A DNA stretch of 64,000 nt from Candidatus Binatia bacterium (lineage in GTDB: Bacteria; Eisenbacteria; RBG-16-71-46; SZUA-252), in NCBI GenBank assembly GCA_035631035.1, contig DASQJL010000096.1, positions 1,234 through 65,233 on the forward strand. Direction: 5' to 3'. Under the pieces are notes generated by a model. It made no database searches. It had not been told where the DNA came from and was given only the letters and a program-made list of their open reading frames with translations. Shown piece after piece: positions 16,264 through 24,682 of this stretch (its first letter is position 1; every line of letters starts with the position of its first letter). The position numbers were made by a program, and so were the translations under genes.

Positions 16264-19050
16264 CTAGGGGAGGATCGAGATCCGCTTTCCGAGCGAGACC
16301 TCGACGGCCTCGTCGGTGTCGTGCGTCCCTTCGGGAATGAGCCGCCAGATGCGCTCCACCCGCCCCTGGATGGAAAGGGCGGCATCGCCGAGGCCGGGCA
16401 CGCGCAGGAAGGAGATCTGGAGCCGGCCGCCCGCGCGGTCCTCGCTGCGACCCTGCAGCTCGTAGTCGCGGGAGATGTACGAGAGGAAGGGTGTCACGAG
16501 GAGGCGGCTCGGCGACGCCTCCCAGCGCACTTCGAGGGTTCCCTGGATCGTCATGTCTCTCAAGTGGAGGTCGCGGTTTTCGTCGCGCTCGATGCCGCCC
16601 GAGATCGTGCTCGTCACGCGGCCCGGATGGCGCCGCATCGACACGACGGAGCCCGCGAGCACGCGGCGCTTCACGTTGACGCCCTTCTCGTCGTCGAAGG
16701 TCCCCACGTCGAAGCGCGCGGTCGTCCGTCCGCCCATCGGCTCCGATGCCGTGAATTCGGTGGCGAGCCGGGTCTGGGTGAAGTCGGTCTGCGATCCGGT
16801 CTGCCGGATGCGGATGATCGAGGGCGAGACCCAGCTGTCCTGGTTGAGCGAGAACGTGGCCCCGGCGCTCATCCGCTCGGCCGTGACCGGCGGCGCGCCC
16901 GAGGAGGCGTCTTCGGGGCGCTCGCGCCGATAGTTGGCGAAGGCCTTCCAGCGAAGGACCGGGCGGGCCAGGTCCACCGCGAACCCCTTGCGGTCGGAGA
17001 TGGCGTAGGGGTTCAGGGCGGTGGCCAGCGAGGGCTGGTAGCGGAACGCCTCGGCGCGCGCCTGGAACCGCGCGACGGTCCCCGTGATCTCGCCCCGCGC
17101 CCCGGTGCGCGTGCGTCCGGTCTCCACGCCCGCGATCGTCCGGTGGCGCACGCTGGCGATGTCGGCGAGGAGGCTCCACCGCGCCAGGATCAGCGAGGCC
17201 GAGCCGCCGTAGATCACCCGCGCGTGGGTGGCCGTCTCCGCGCCGCCCGGGGTGGCGTCCTCGTGCGTGTAGCCGCCGTAGAGCGAGGCGCGCAGACGAT
17301 CGGGCAGGAGCACGCGCGTGAGCCGCGCCGCGTAGAGATCGGACCGCGCGTCCCGAAGCGGGCCGCCCGCCGAGCGGGGGTGCGATTCGAGCGCCATGTA
17401 GCCCTCGAACGTGCCGAGGGTGGGGCTGGTGAGCATCGCCTGGGAGGCGCGGCGCGGAACCGGGCTCGCGAGAAGGGGCGCCCCCGAAGCGAGCGCGGGA
17501 GCCAGATCGCCCCATTCCACCGCGGCGTGCGTCGACTGGTACCGCGCCAGGAATTGCTCCGGCGACGCGCTCCCGTTCTGCACGTCGTCGAAGCGGACGC
17601 GGCTCGTCACGCGCGCCTCCAGGCTCTTCGTCGCGGAGAGCCCATAGTGCCCGCGGAAGGACGCCCAGCCGGTGACCGCGCTCCCTTCGTCGCGGAACTC
17701 GGACCGGCCGTCCGCGAGCCACGTGCTCTGCAGGCTGACGCGCGACGTGTCGGGGAGGGCCGCCGGGGGCGCGGGACCGCGAGGCGTGAGCCCGTTCGCG
17801 GGCGGCGCCGAGAGGAACGTGATCGGCTGGGCGGCCACCGTCTGCGGCGACTCGACCACGAACTGCAGACGATGCTCGCCGAACCGCCGGGTAGGAATCG
17901 AGCCGCGGGTCTCCACGACCACCGGCCGCCCCGACTCCATGAACCCCTCCTCGAACGCCACCGCCTCGCCGTCCAGGTAAAAGACCGAGCGGAAGTACCC
18001 CGTCCCGTCGCCGATCACCACGGCGCGCGGCTTCAGCGTGTCGCCCGCGCCGAAAACCGCGCCCGGAAGGGGCCATTCGAGGACGGCCGAGCGGATCACG
18101 GCGTTTCCGGCCAGTGCCGGCGTGAGGGCGACGGTGACCGGGCCGTTGAACGCGTCGAGCGTGGCGGGAACCTGCGTCTCGTCGACTCCGAGATAGGTGA
18201 TGCGGAGCGCGAGCCGGCCGTCGGGTGATTGCCGCGCCACGTCGCCGGGGACGGTGACCGGCACGCTGACGGTCGCGATCCCCTCGCGAGGGATCACGAA
18301 CGCCACGGGCACGGTCACGTCGAGCGCCGGAGCGCCCAACGCATCGGCCGTGGGCCAGATCTCGATATGCGCCGACGTGAGGTTGACCGCGTTGCCGGAC
18401 GTTTCCTGGAAGGTGGTGGTCACCGGGGTCGGCTCGCCGGGGACCAGCGTGAGCGACGTGGGCTGGGAGATCCGCTTCACCACCGCCGGCGGGAAGGTGC
18501 GGAAGTAGACGATCGGCTGGTCTCCCGCGGTGGCCGAATCGGGAGGCGGCCCCACGATCAGATTCACGCGCATGCCGTGCTGGTGTCCGAGCGTCATCGG
18601 CTGGGTCGGCTTGATGAACACGGTGTCGCCCAGCGCCGACCAGGTCGGCGTGTTCAGGTTGAGGAGCACGCCGTTCAGGGAATCGAGATCCGCGACGGAG
18701 AAGATGCCGCGCTTGGAGGTCGCCTGGTCGAAGACGAAGTAGAGGGTCGCGTTGGCGGCGACGTGGTTGTCGCCATCGCGCGGATAGCTGTCGATCATGC
18801 GGGGGGGAAGCGCCGCGCCGGCGCCGGGAAGGGCCGGGGTCTTCGGGAGGAGCGCCGCCGGAGTCCCGAACGGAGTCGCGAACGGCCGCTCCGCACCGAT
18901 ATCCCTGGAGTGATCGCGCGCGGGTGCGGTCACCGCAGGCGCCCTGCCACGGGGCGCCGCGTCCGCTCGCGGCGTCGCGAGCGCCGCCATCGCGAGCAGG
19001 GTCAGGAACGCCGCTCCCTGGAGAGACCGGTGCCGAACGGCGGAACGCAT
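16264..19050 (-). CDS. Large secreted protein: N-terminal Ig-like/SbsA-like region plus C-terminal half with beta-barrel-like alternating pattern (possible outer-membrane protein)
   Basis: 928 aa with signal peptide FLTLLAMAALATPRADA. The N-terminal third resembles bacterial Ig-like domains (DGDNHVAANATLYFVFDQ). The C-terminal ~450 aa is rich in short amphipathic strands with Y/F/W/R. I recognised no enzymatic motif. Confidence 0.6.
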   Translation of the reverse strand: MRSAVRHRSLQGAAFLTLLAMAALATPRADAAPRGRAPAVTAPARDHSRDIGAERPFATPFGTPAALLPKTPALPGAGAALPPRMIDSYPRDGDNHVAANATLYFVFDQATSKRGIFSVADLDSLNGVLLNLNTPTWSALGDTVFIKPTQPMTLGHQHGMRVNLIVGPPPDSATAGDQPIVYFRTFPPAVVKRISQPTSLTLVPGEPTPVTTTFQETSGNAVNLTSAHIEIWPTADALGAPALDVTVPVAFVIPREGIATVSVPVTVPGDVARQSPDGRLALRITYLGVDETQVPATLDAFNGPVTVALTPALAGNAVIRSAVLEWPLPGAVFGAGDTLKPRAVVIGDGTGYFRSVFYLDGEAVAFEEGFMESGRPVVVETRGSIPTRRFGEHRLQFVVESPQTVAAQPITFLSAPPANGLTPRGPAPPAALPDTSRVSLQSTWLADGRSEFRDEGSAVTGWASFRGHYGLSATKSLEARVTSRVRFDDVQNGSASPEQFLARYQSTHAAVEWGDLAPALASGAPLLASPVPRRASQAMLTSPTLGTFEGYMALESHPRSAGGPLRDARSDLYAARLTRVLLPDRLRASLYGGYTHEDATPGGAETATHARVIYGGSASLILARWSLLADIASVRHRTIAGVETGRTRTGARGEITGTVARFQARAEAFRYQPSLATALNPYAISDRKGFAVDLARPVLRWKAFANYRRERPEDASSGAPPVTAERMSAGATFSLNQDSWVSPSIIRIRQTGSQTDFTQTRLATEFTASEPMGGRTTARFDVGTFDDEKGVNVKRRVLAGSVVSMRRHPGRVTSTISGGIERDENRDLHLRDMTIQGTLEVRWEASPSRLLVTPFLSYISRDYELQGRSEDRAGGRLQISFLRVPGLGDAALSIQGRVERIWRLIPEGTHDTDEAVEVSLGKRISILP

Positions 19051-19132
19051 ACGGATCAGGAGCGTCGTCTCCTCAGAGGCGCCGGGAATGGGGTTGCGGG
19101 ACCAGAGCGGCCAACCGTATCATGGAGGGTCT

Positions 19133-20272
19133 ATGGTGGCAAGAAAACGAACTGCGGCAACGACTTCGAGGCGCAAGGCGGCCGTTCGCAAGAAGCCGCT
19201 CTCCAGGCCCTTGGCGCGTCGGGGCGCTCCCTCGAAGCGCATTCCGGTCGCCGTGCTCGGCGCCACCGGAACGGTAGGGCAGCGCTTCATCCAGCTTCTC
19301 GAAAACCACCCCTGGTTCGAGCTGGCCGAGGTCATGGCCTCCGACCAGAGCGCCGGAAAGCGCTACGAAGAGGCGGCCGGAAGCCGCTGGAAGCTGCCGA
19401 CCGCGATTCCCGCCGCGGCGCGCGCCCTTCGGGTGAAGGGACCGCGCGAGCGCCTGACCTCGCACCTCCTCTTTTCCGCCTTGGACGCCTCGGTCGCCGG
19501 AGAGCTGGAGGAGCAATTCGCCCGCGCCGGACACCTGGTCTCCTCCAACGCGCGGAACCACCGGATGGATCCGCTCGTCCCGCTCGTCATCCCCGAGATC
19601 AACCGGGACCATCTGGAGATCCTCGACCGCCAGCCCTACGGCGACGGCGGCATCGTCACCAATCCGAATTGCTCCACGATCGTGCTCGCTCTCGCCCTGG
19701 CGCCGCTCCACCGCCGCTTCGGTGTCGAAGCGGTGATCGTGACCACGTTCCAGGCCACCAGCGGCGCCGGCTATCCCGGCGTGCCCTCGCTCGACATCCT
19801 TGGGAACGTCGTCCCGTTCGTTTCGGGGGAAGAGCCGAAGATGGAGAGCGAGACGCAGAAGATCCTGGGCAGCCTGAACGGACGCGGCTTCGAGCCGGCC
19901 ACGTTCGCGGTGAGCGCGCAGTGCCATCGCGTGCCCGTGATCGACGGCCACCTCGAAGCGGTGAGCCTGCGCCTCTCCGGCAGTCCCAGCAGGAAGCAGG
20001 TCGCCGAGACCCTGGCCGCCTTCCGCCCGCTCGCCAAGCTGGACCTGCCGAGCGCGCCCGCGGAGCCGATCGTGATTCGTACCGAGGAGGACCGTCCCCA
20101 GCCGCGCCTGGACGCCGACCGCGCGGGCGGCATGGGGGTCACCGTCGGCCGGCTCCGTCCCTGCCCGGTGCTTCAATGGAAATTCGAAGCGCTTGCGCAC
20201 AACACGATCCGCGGCGCCGCCGGCGCGGCGATCCTGAATGCGGAAATCCTGGTCCGTGACGGCCGTCTCTGA
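19133..20272 (+). CDS. asd: Aspartate-semialdehyde dehydrogenase with a basic N-terminal extension
   Basis: NAD-binding VAVLGATGTVGQRF. Active-site NPNCSTIVLALAL. C-terminal HNTIRGAAG. GGAGGG lies just upstream of ATG 19133 / GTG 19136; the track start 19088 is also possible. Confidence 0.9.
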   Translation: MVARKRTAATTSRRKAAVRKKPLSRPLARRGAPSKRIPVAVLGATGTVGQRFIQLLENHPWFELAEVMASDQSAGKRYEEAAGSRWKLPTAIPAAARALRVKGPRERLTSHLLFSALDASVAGELEEQFARAGHLVSSNARNHRMDPLVPLVIPEINRDHLEILDRQPYGDGGIVTNPNCSTIVLALALAPLHRRFGVEAVIVTTFQATSGAGYPGVPSLDILGNVVPFVSGEEPKMESETQKILGSLNGRGFEPATFAVSAQCHRVPVIDGHLEAVSLRLSGSPSRKQVAETLAAFRPLAKLDLPSAPAEPIVIRTEEDRPQPRLDADRAGGMGVTVGRLRPCPVLQWKFEALAHNTIRGAAGAAILNAEILVRDGRL

Positions 20273-20870
20273 GGCGCGTACGACGACCGCCGGCCGCGAC
20301 ATCGTGTTCGTGCGCCACGGCGAGACCGACTGGAATCGCGAGCGGCGGGTCCAGGGGTCCGAGGGTCCCGCGCTGAACGACGCCGGGCGGGACCAGGCCA
20401 AGGCGCTGGCGCGCTCCCTCTGGGAAGTTCCGCTGGCCGCCGTCTACACGAGCGCGCTTCCGCGCGCCCAGGAGACCGCCGCGTACGTGGCCGGGCCGCA
20501 CTCGCTCAACATCCACGTGGATCCCCGCCTGAACGAGATCCATCACGGCGCGTGGGAGGGACTCGCGGAAGAGGAGCTGCCCGACCTGGCGCTGTACCGC
20601 CGCTGGCGCGACGATCCGACCTCCTGCACCCTCCCCGGAGCCGAGCCGCTCGAGGCCGTGCACGAGCGCGCGGTCCTTGCGATGAAGGAGATCGTGGCGA
20701 AGCACCCCGGCAAAGAGGGGCTCATCGCCGTCGTAAGCCATCAGGTGGTGCTCGCGCTGCTCAAGTGCTACGTCCTGGACCAGCCCTGGAGCCGGATCCG
20801 GAAGAACGCGCTCGGCGTCGCGTCCTACGAAGTGCTGACCGTGGGCGAGGGGTTCCAGCCCCGGTCCTGA
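20238..20870 (+). CDS. Histidine phosphatase family protein (phosphoglycerate-mutase-like)
   Basis: Contains VFVRHGETDWN (RHG motif) and a later SH in VVSHQVV. The start is uncertain: ATG 20238 overlaps asd by 35 nt, and GTG 20256 is an alternative. Confidence 0.8.
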   Translation: MRKSWSVTAVSEARTTTAGRDIVFVRHGETDWNRERRVQGSEGPALNDAGRDQAKALARSLWEVPLAAVYTSALPRAQETAAYVAGPHSLNIHVDPRLNEIHHGAWEGLAEEELPDLALYRRWRDDPTSCTLPGAEPLEAVHERAVLAMKEIVAKHPGKEGLIAVVSHQVVLALLKCYVLDQPWSRIRKNALGVASYEVLTVGEGFQPRS

Positions 20871-20884
20871 CGAGGAGGAAAGCC

Positions 20885-21967
20885 GTGCGTTACCAAGAAT
20901 GGGTTTCCAGGGTCCTGATCGGGTGCGCCCCGCTCCTGCTCGCCGCCGTGCTCGGATGTCCCGCGCGGGCCACGCCTCCCGCGGCGGCCGCAGGCGACAG
21001 CATCGCATGCGTGCCGGTGATGGCCGACACCGGAATCGTCGACACCGATCCCACGCCCTCGCCCGACGGCAAGTGGCTCGCCTATACGAGCGGCCAGGAT
21101 TCCCTTCGCCAGATCTGGGTCAAGCCGATCGACGGCGCCGACCGCGGCCGCCAGATCACGCACGATCCCGCTTCGGCGCGCGCCATGACGCCGACCTGGG
21201 CGCCCGACTCGAAATCGCTCCTCTTCATCTCGACCCGCACGAAGGACTACAACATCTACAGCGCTCCCGTGGAGGGCGGCGAGGCACGCGCCATGTCGGA
21301 TGCGCGCGCGAGCAATCGCTTCGCGGTCTACGCCCCCGACGGAAAAGAGATCGTCTTCCCCTCCAATCGCCAGAAGCCGGGGCAGATCTGGGGCTTCGAC
21401 CTCTACGTGATGGACGCGGCGGGGGAGAAGGCGAAGGAGCGCCCGGCGCGGCGGCTGACGAGCAACAACGGCAGCCCCGGGCATCCGACCTGGTCTCCCG
21501 ACGGCAAGTGGATCGCCTACGTCGCGAAGCCGATCGATACGACGAAGGTCGTGCAGGTGGGGCCGGGCATGACGATGCAGCAAGGGCCGATGTTCACCGC
21601 GTACCACCTCTGGAAGATGCCCGCGGGGGGCGGCGCCGAGCAGCAGCTCACCGGCATAGGCACCGAGTCGCAGCCGACCGAGGAGATCTGGCCGACCTGG
21701 TCGCCCGACGGGAAGTGGATCGCGGTGCAGCGCCGCGTGGGGCCTACCGACGACGTCTGGGTCTACGAAGTGGCGACCGGCACGTTCTACCCGGTCACCT
21801 CCTTCGGCAACGCGGGAAAACCGACCTGGTCGCCGGACGGCAAATCGATCTGGTTCGTCCGCGTGAACGGGAAGGATCACGACATCTGGCTGGCGAAGAA
21901 CGTCACCGCCGCGACCCTTCGCGCCAAGGCGAAACGGGACCCGCGGACGGCGACCGCCGTCCGCTAG
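20885..21967 (+). CDS. TolB-like periplasmic beta-propeller (PD40/WD40-like repeats), lipoprotein-type signal
   Basis: Trimmed to GTG 20885, 7 nt after AGGAGG. Lipobox-like AAVLGC. The motif SPDGKW[LI]A[YV] / APDGKE recurs 6 or more times. Confidence 0.8.
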   Translation: MRYQEWVSRVLIGCAPLLLAAVLGCPARATPPAAAAGDSIACVPVMADTGIVDTDPTPSPDGKWLAYTSGQDSLRQIWVKPIDGADRGRQITHDPASARAMTPTWAPDSKSLLFISTRTKDYNIYSAPVEGGEARAMSDARASNRFAVYAPDGKEIVFPSNRQKPGQIWGFDLYVMDAAGEKAKERPARRLTSNNGSPGHPTWSPDGKWIAYVAKPIDTTKVVQVGPGMTMQQGPMFTAYHLWKMPAGGGAEQQLTGIGTESQPTEEIWPTWSPDGKWIAVQRRVGPTDDVWVYEVATGTFYPVTSFGNAGKPTWSPDGKSIWFVRVNGKDHDIWLAKNVTAATLRAKAKRDPRTATAVR

Positions 21968-22401
21968 CGCACCACGATCGTTCCGGTCATCCCCTTCTTC
22001 ATGTGGCTGTCCACGCCGCAGTAGAAGTCGTATTCCCCCGGCTTCGTCGGCGTGAAGCGCACGTGCTTCGTGTGGTTGAACGAGATGATCCCGACGCTCC
22101 GGTCGATGTCGATGCCGGCGTCGCGCGCGTCGCACGTCATGTTGTGCGGGGTGAAGAGCGGCTTGAAGTGGAGCGTCAGTTCGACCGGCTTCCCCGCTTC
22201 GACCGTGATGCGGTTGGGATCGAAATAGAACGAGTGGACGTTCACGTCCACGCGCTGCACGCCGTCGGCATCCGCGCGGGCGGTCGCTTCCCGCACGCCG
22301 ATCTTGGCTCCGGACGTACCGCACCCGGCTAGCGCCGCGGTCAGGGCCAGGGCGACCGTGGCCACGCTCCCCATTCCCCTGAAACGCTTCGATGGCTTCA
22401 T
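21964..22401 (-). CDS. Cupredoxin-domain lipoprotein (putative type-1 copper site)
   Basis: 145 aa with lipobox ALAGC. PHNMTC and YCGVDSHMKKGM supply a His/Cys/His/Met ligand pattern. Confidence 0.7.
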   Translation of the reverse strand: MKPSKRFRGMGSVATVALALTAALAGCGTSGAKIGVREATARADADGVQRVDVNVHSFYFDPNRITVEAGKPVELTLHFKPLFTPHNMTCDARDAGIDIDRSVGIISFNHTKHVRFTPTKPGEYDFYCGVDSHMKKGMTGTIVVR

Positions 22402-22423
22402 GGTTTCCCCTGTGAGCCCGCTC

Positions 22424-23686
22424 CTACGGAGCGCGGAAAATGAGGCACGCGTTGGTGCCTCCGAACCCGAACGAATTGGAGATCACGGTTCGAATCGTCT
22501 CATTCCGCCCGCCCCCGGCAACGTAATCCAGGTCACAGTCCGGATCGGGGACCCGGAGATTCACGGTGCGGGGAAGGTACCCCTCCGCCAGCGAGAGGGA
22601 GGCGATGGCGGCCTCGAACGCGCCCGACGCGCCGAGGGCGTGGGCATGCATCCCCTTGGTGCCGCTCACCGGGATGCGGCGGGCCCGGTCGCCGAAGACT
22701 TCCTTGATCGCAATCGTCTCGACCCGGTCGTTCATCGGCGTGGAGGAGCCGTGCGCGTTCACGTGCTCGATCTCCTCGGGCGACAGCCGCGCGTCCCGGA
22801 GTGCCAGGCGCATCGCGCGGATGGCGTCCCGCCCTTCGGGGTGTGGCGCCGTCATGTGATACGCGTCGTTGGTCGTGCCGAATCCGGCCACCTCGGCATA
22901 GATGCGCGTCCCCCGCGCCAGGGCGTGGCCCATCTCCTCGAGCACGAGAACCGCGGCGCCCTCGGCCATCACGAATCCGTCCCGCCGGGCGTCGAAGGGG
23001 CGCGAGGCCTCCGGGGGCTCGTCGTTCGAGGTCGACATCGCGCGGATCACCGCGAACGCCGTGAAGGTGAGGGGCGCGAGCGGCGCCTCGACGCCTCCGG
23101 CGAGGACCACCTTGGCCAGTCCGTCGCGGATCAGCCGAAGCCCCTCGCCGATCGCGATCGAGCCGGAGGCGCACGAGTTCGAGTTGCCGATGGCGGGGCC
23201 GCGCGAGCCGATCTCGATCGCCACCTGGCAGGCGCCGGCGCCGGCGAAGACGCGGAGCGCCAGGCTGGGCGGCACCGATCGCGGTCCCGCCTGGAGGAAC
23301 TGGGCGTGGTCGGCCTCGGCGGAGGGGACACCCCCCAGAGCGGAACCGATCGCGACGGCCGCGTCTTCGGGGTGCACCGCCCCGCGCCCGGTCCCGACGG
23401 CGATCCCCGCGTCGTCGAGGGCCATGCGGGAGGCGGCCACGGAGAACTGCGCGAACCGGTCCAGGCGGTGCCGTCGCTTTCCTTCGAAATGGGCGCCGGG
23501 ATCGAAGTCGGGCACCTCGCCCGCGATGCGCGTCCGGAGCGGCGAGGCGTCGAAGCGGGTGATCGGTCCGACGCCGCGGCGGCCCTCGCGGATCCCCTGC
23601 CAGAAGGCGGGCCGCCCCGTGCCGATCGGCGTGATCAGGCCGAAGCCGGTCACGGCGCAGCGATGGGCCGGCGGAGGGGCGATCAT
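22424..23686 (-). CDS. Beta-ketoacyl-ACP synthase II-like (KAS, FabF family)
   Basis: Active-site Cys in NSCASGS. His residues in HMTAPHP and NAHGSSTPMND. GTKGMHAHALGASG and C-terminal SNSFGFGGTNA also present. Confidence 0.88.
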   Translation of the reverse strand: MIAPPPAHRCAVTGFGLITPIGTGRPAFWQGIREGRRGVGPITRFDASPLRTRIAGEVPDFDPGAHFEGKRRHRLDRFAQFSVAASRMALDDAGIAVGTGRGAVHPEDAAVAIGSALGGVPSAEADHAQFLQAGPRSVPPSLALRVFAGAGACQVAIEIGSRGPAIGNSNSCASGSIAIGEGLRLIRDGLAKVVLAGGVEAPLAPLTFTAFAVIRAMSTSNDEPPEASRPFDARRDGFVMAEGAAVLVLEEMGHALARGTRIYAEVAGFGTTNDAYHMTAPHPEGRDAIRAMRLALRDARLSPEEIEHVNAHGSSTPMNDRVETIAIKEVFGDRARRIPVSGTKGMHAHALGASGAFEAAIASLSLAEGYLPRTVNLRVPDPDCDLDYVAGGGRNETIRTVISNSFGFGGTNACLIFRAP

Positions 23687-24186
23687 GCGGGCGCCTGGGC
23701 GTCCGCCGGAAGCGCGCCCCGGCCCGTCTCCGGCGCCTCGGCGAGCGACTTGAAGCGGCGGAGCGTCGCGCCCGCGATCGGCTCGATGAACTGCGGGGCG
23801 AGGACGCGCTCGGCGAGAAAACGGCCCATCGGCCGGGGGCCGAAGCGGAATTCGAGATCGTGCGTGATCGTCGCGCGGGTTCCTTCCCGCGCGCCGTCGC
23901 GCTCGGGCTGGAACGTCCAGAGGACGTCCATGCCGCGGGTCACGCCGCCCACGTGCCGGAAGCGGATCGTGCGGGAAGCGGCGTCGGGAGTCTGCTCCGC
24001 CTCCCAGAAGACCGGGATCGGGCCGCGGCGCGCGCTCATGCGCGCCCGCACGACGCTGCCGCTGCGCCCCGTCACCCGGACGTAGCGGTAGTGGGGGAGG
24101 AGCATCGGCCAGCGGTCGAGAGCGGCGACCAGCGGGAACACGCGGTCGGGGGGTGCCGCGATCCAGATGGAAACCGACGAGTGCAT
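23683..24186 (-). CDS. SRPBCC-superfamily protein (polyketide cyclase/dehydrase-like, START fold)
   Basis: 167 aa. N-terminal I.APPDRVFPLVAALDRWP pattern is typical of the SRPBCC/CoxG/cyclase family. Its stop overlaps the KAS start by 4 nt. Confidence 0.6.
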   Translation of the reverse strand: MHSSVSIWIAAPPDRVFPLVAALDRWPMLLPHYRYVRVTGRSGSVVRARMSARRGPIPVFWEAEQTPDAASRTIRFRHVGGVTRGMDVLWTFQPERDGAREGTRATITHDLEFRFGPRPMGRFLAERVLAPQFIEPIAGATLRRFKSLAEAPETGRGALPADAQAPA

Positions 24187-24204
24187 CGGATGACGTCCTT
24201 GCGT

Positions 24205-24639
24205 CTAGCGAACCCGGCGGGGAGGCTCGTTCCGGCGCATCCGCGAAGCCACGGCGTCGATCGAGACGCCGACCTGCTTCGCGATCGCCTTCCAGTCCTG
24301 GCCATCGCGGCGCATCTCCACGATCTGGTCGGGAAGCGTGGCCGACTGGCGTCTCGAGGCGCGCGCGAACCCGTACACCATGGCGATCTCGCCGTAGCCC
24401 AGCGCCCAGCCGTCGTGCCTCGCCCGCAGCGTGTCCTCGGGCATGGCGAGCTGGGCGGCCAGCTGTTTCACCACCCTGGCCTCGCCCTCGGGGGTCGATG
24501 CCTCGCGGTCGATGCGCGCCACGGAGCGCTGGATGCGCTGCAGGGCGGTCTCCTTGGTCGCGACGCCGGCGGCGGCCTGCGCGGGGAGCGCCGTGGCCAG
24601 GAGGAGCAGCGCGGCGATCACGTGCGAGCGAACGGGCAT
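24205..24639 (-). CDS. Secreted hypothetical protein with a C-terminal HTH-like stretch
   Basis: 144 aa with signal peptide ALLLLATALPAQAAA. The tail DGQDWKAIAKQVGVSIDAVASRMRR resembles a sigma-region-4/HTH helix pair. Confidence 0.5.
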   Translation of the reverse strand: MPVRSHVIAALLLLATALPAQAAAGVATKETALQRIQRSVARIDREASTPEGEARVVKQLAAQLAMPEDTLRARHDGWALGYGEIAMVYGFARASRRQSATLPDQIVEMRRDGQDWKAIAKQVGVSIDAVASRMRRNEPPRRVR

Positions 24640-24682
24640 GTCGAGATCCTCCCTGGAAGTGGAACGGCTCGGTCCCGGGACT

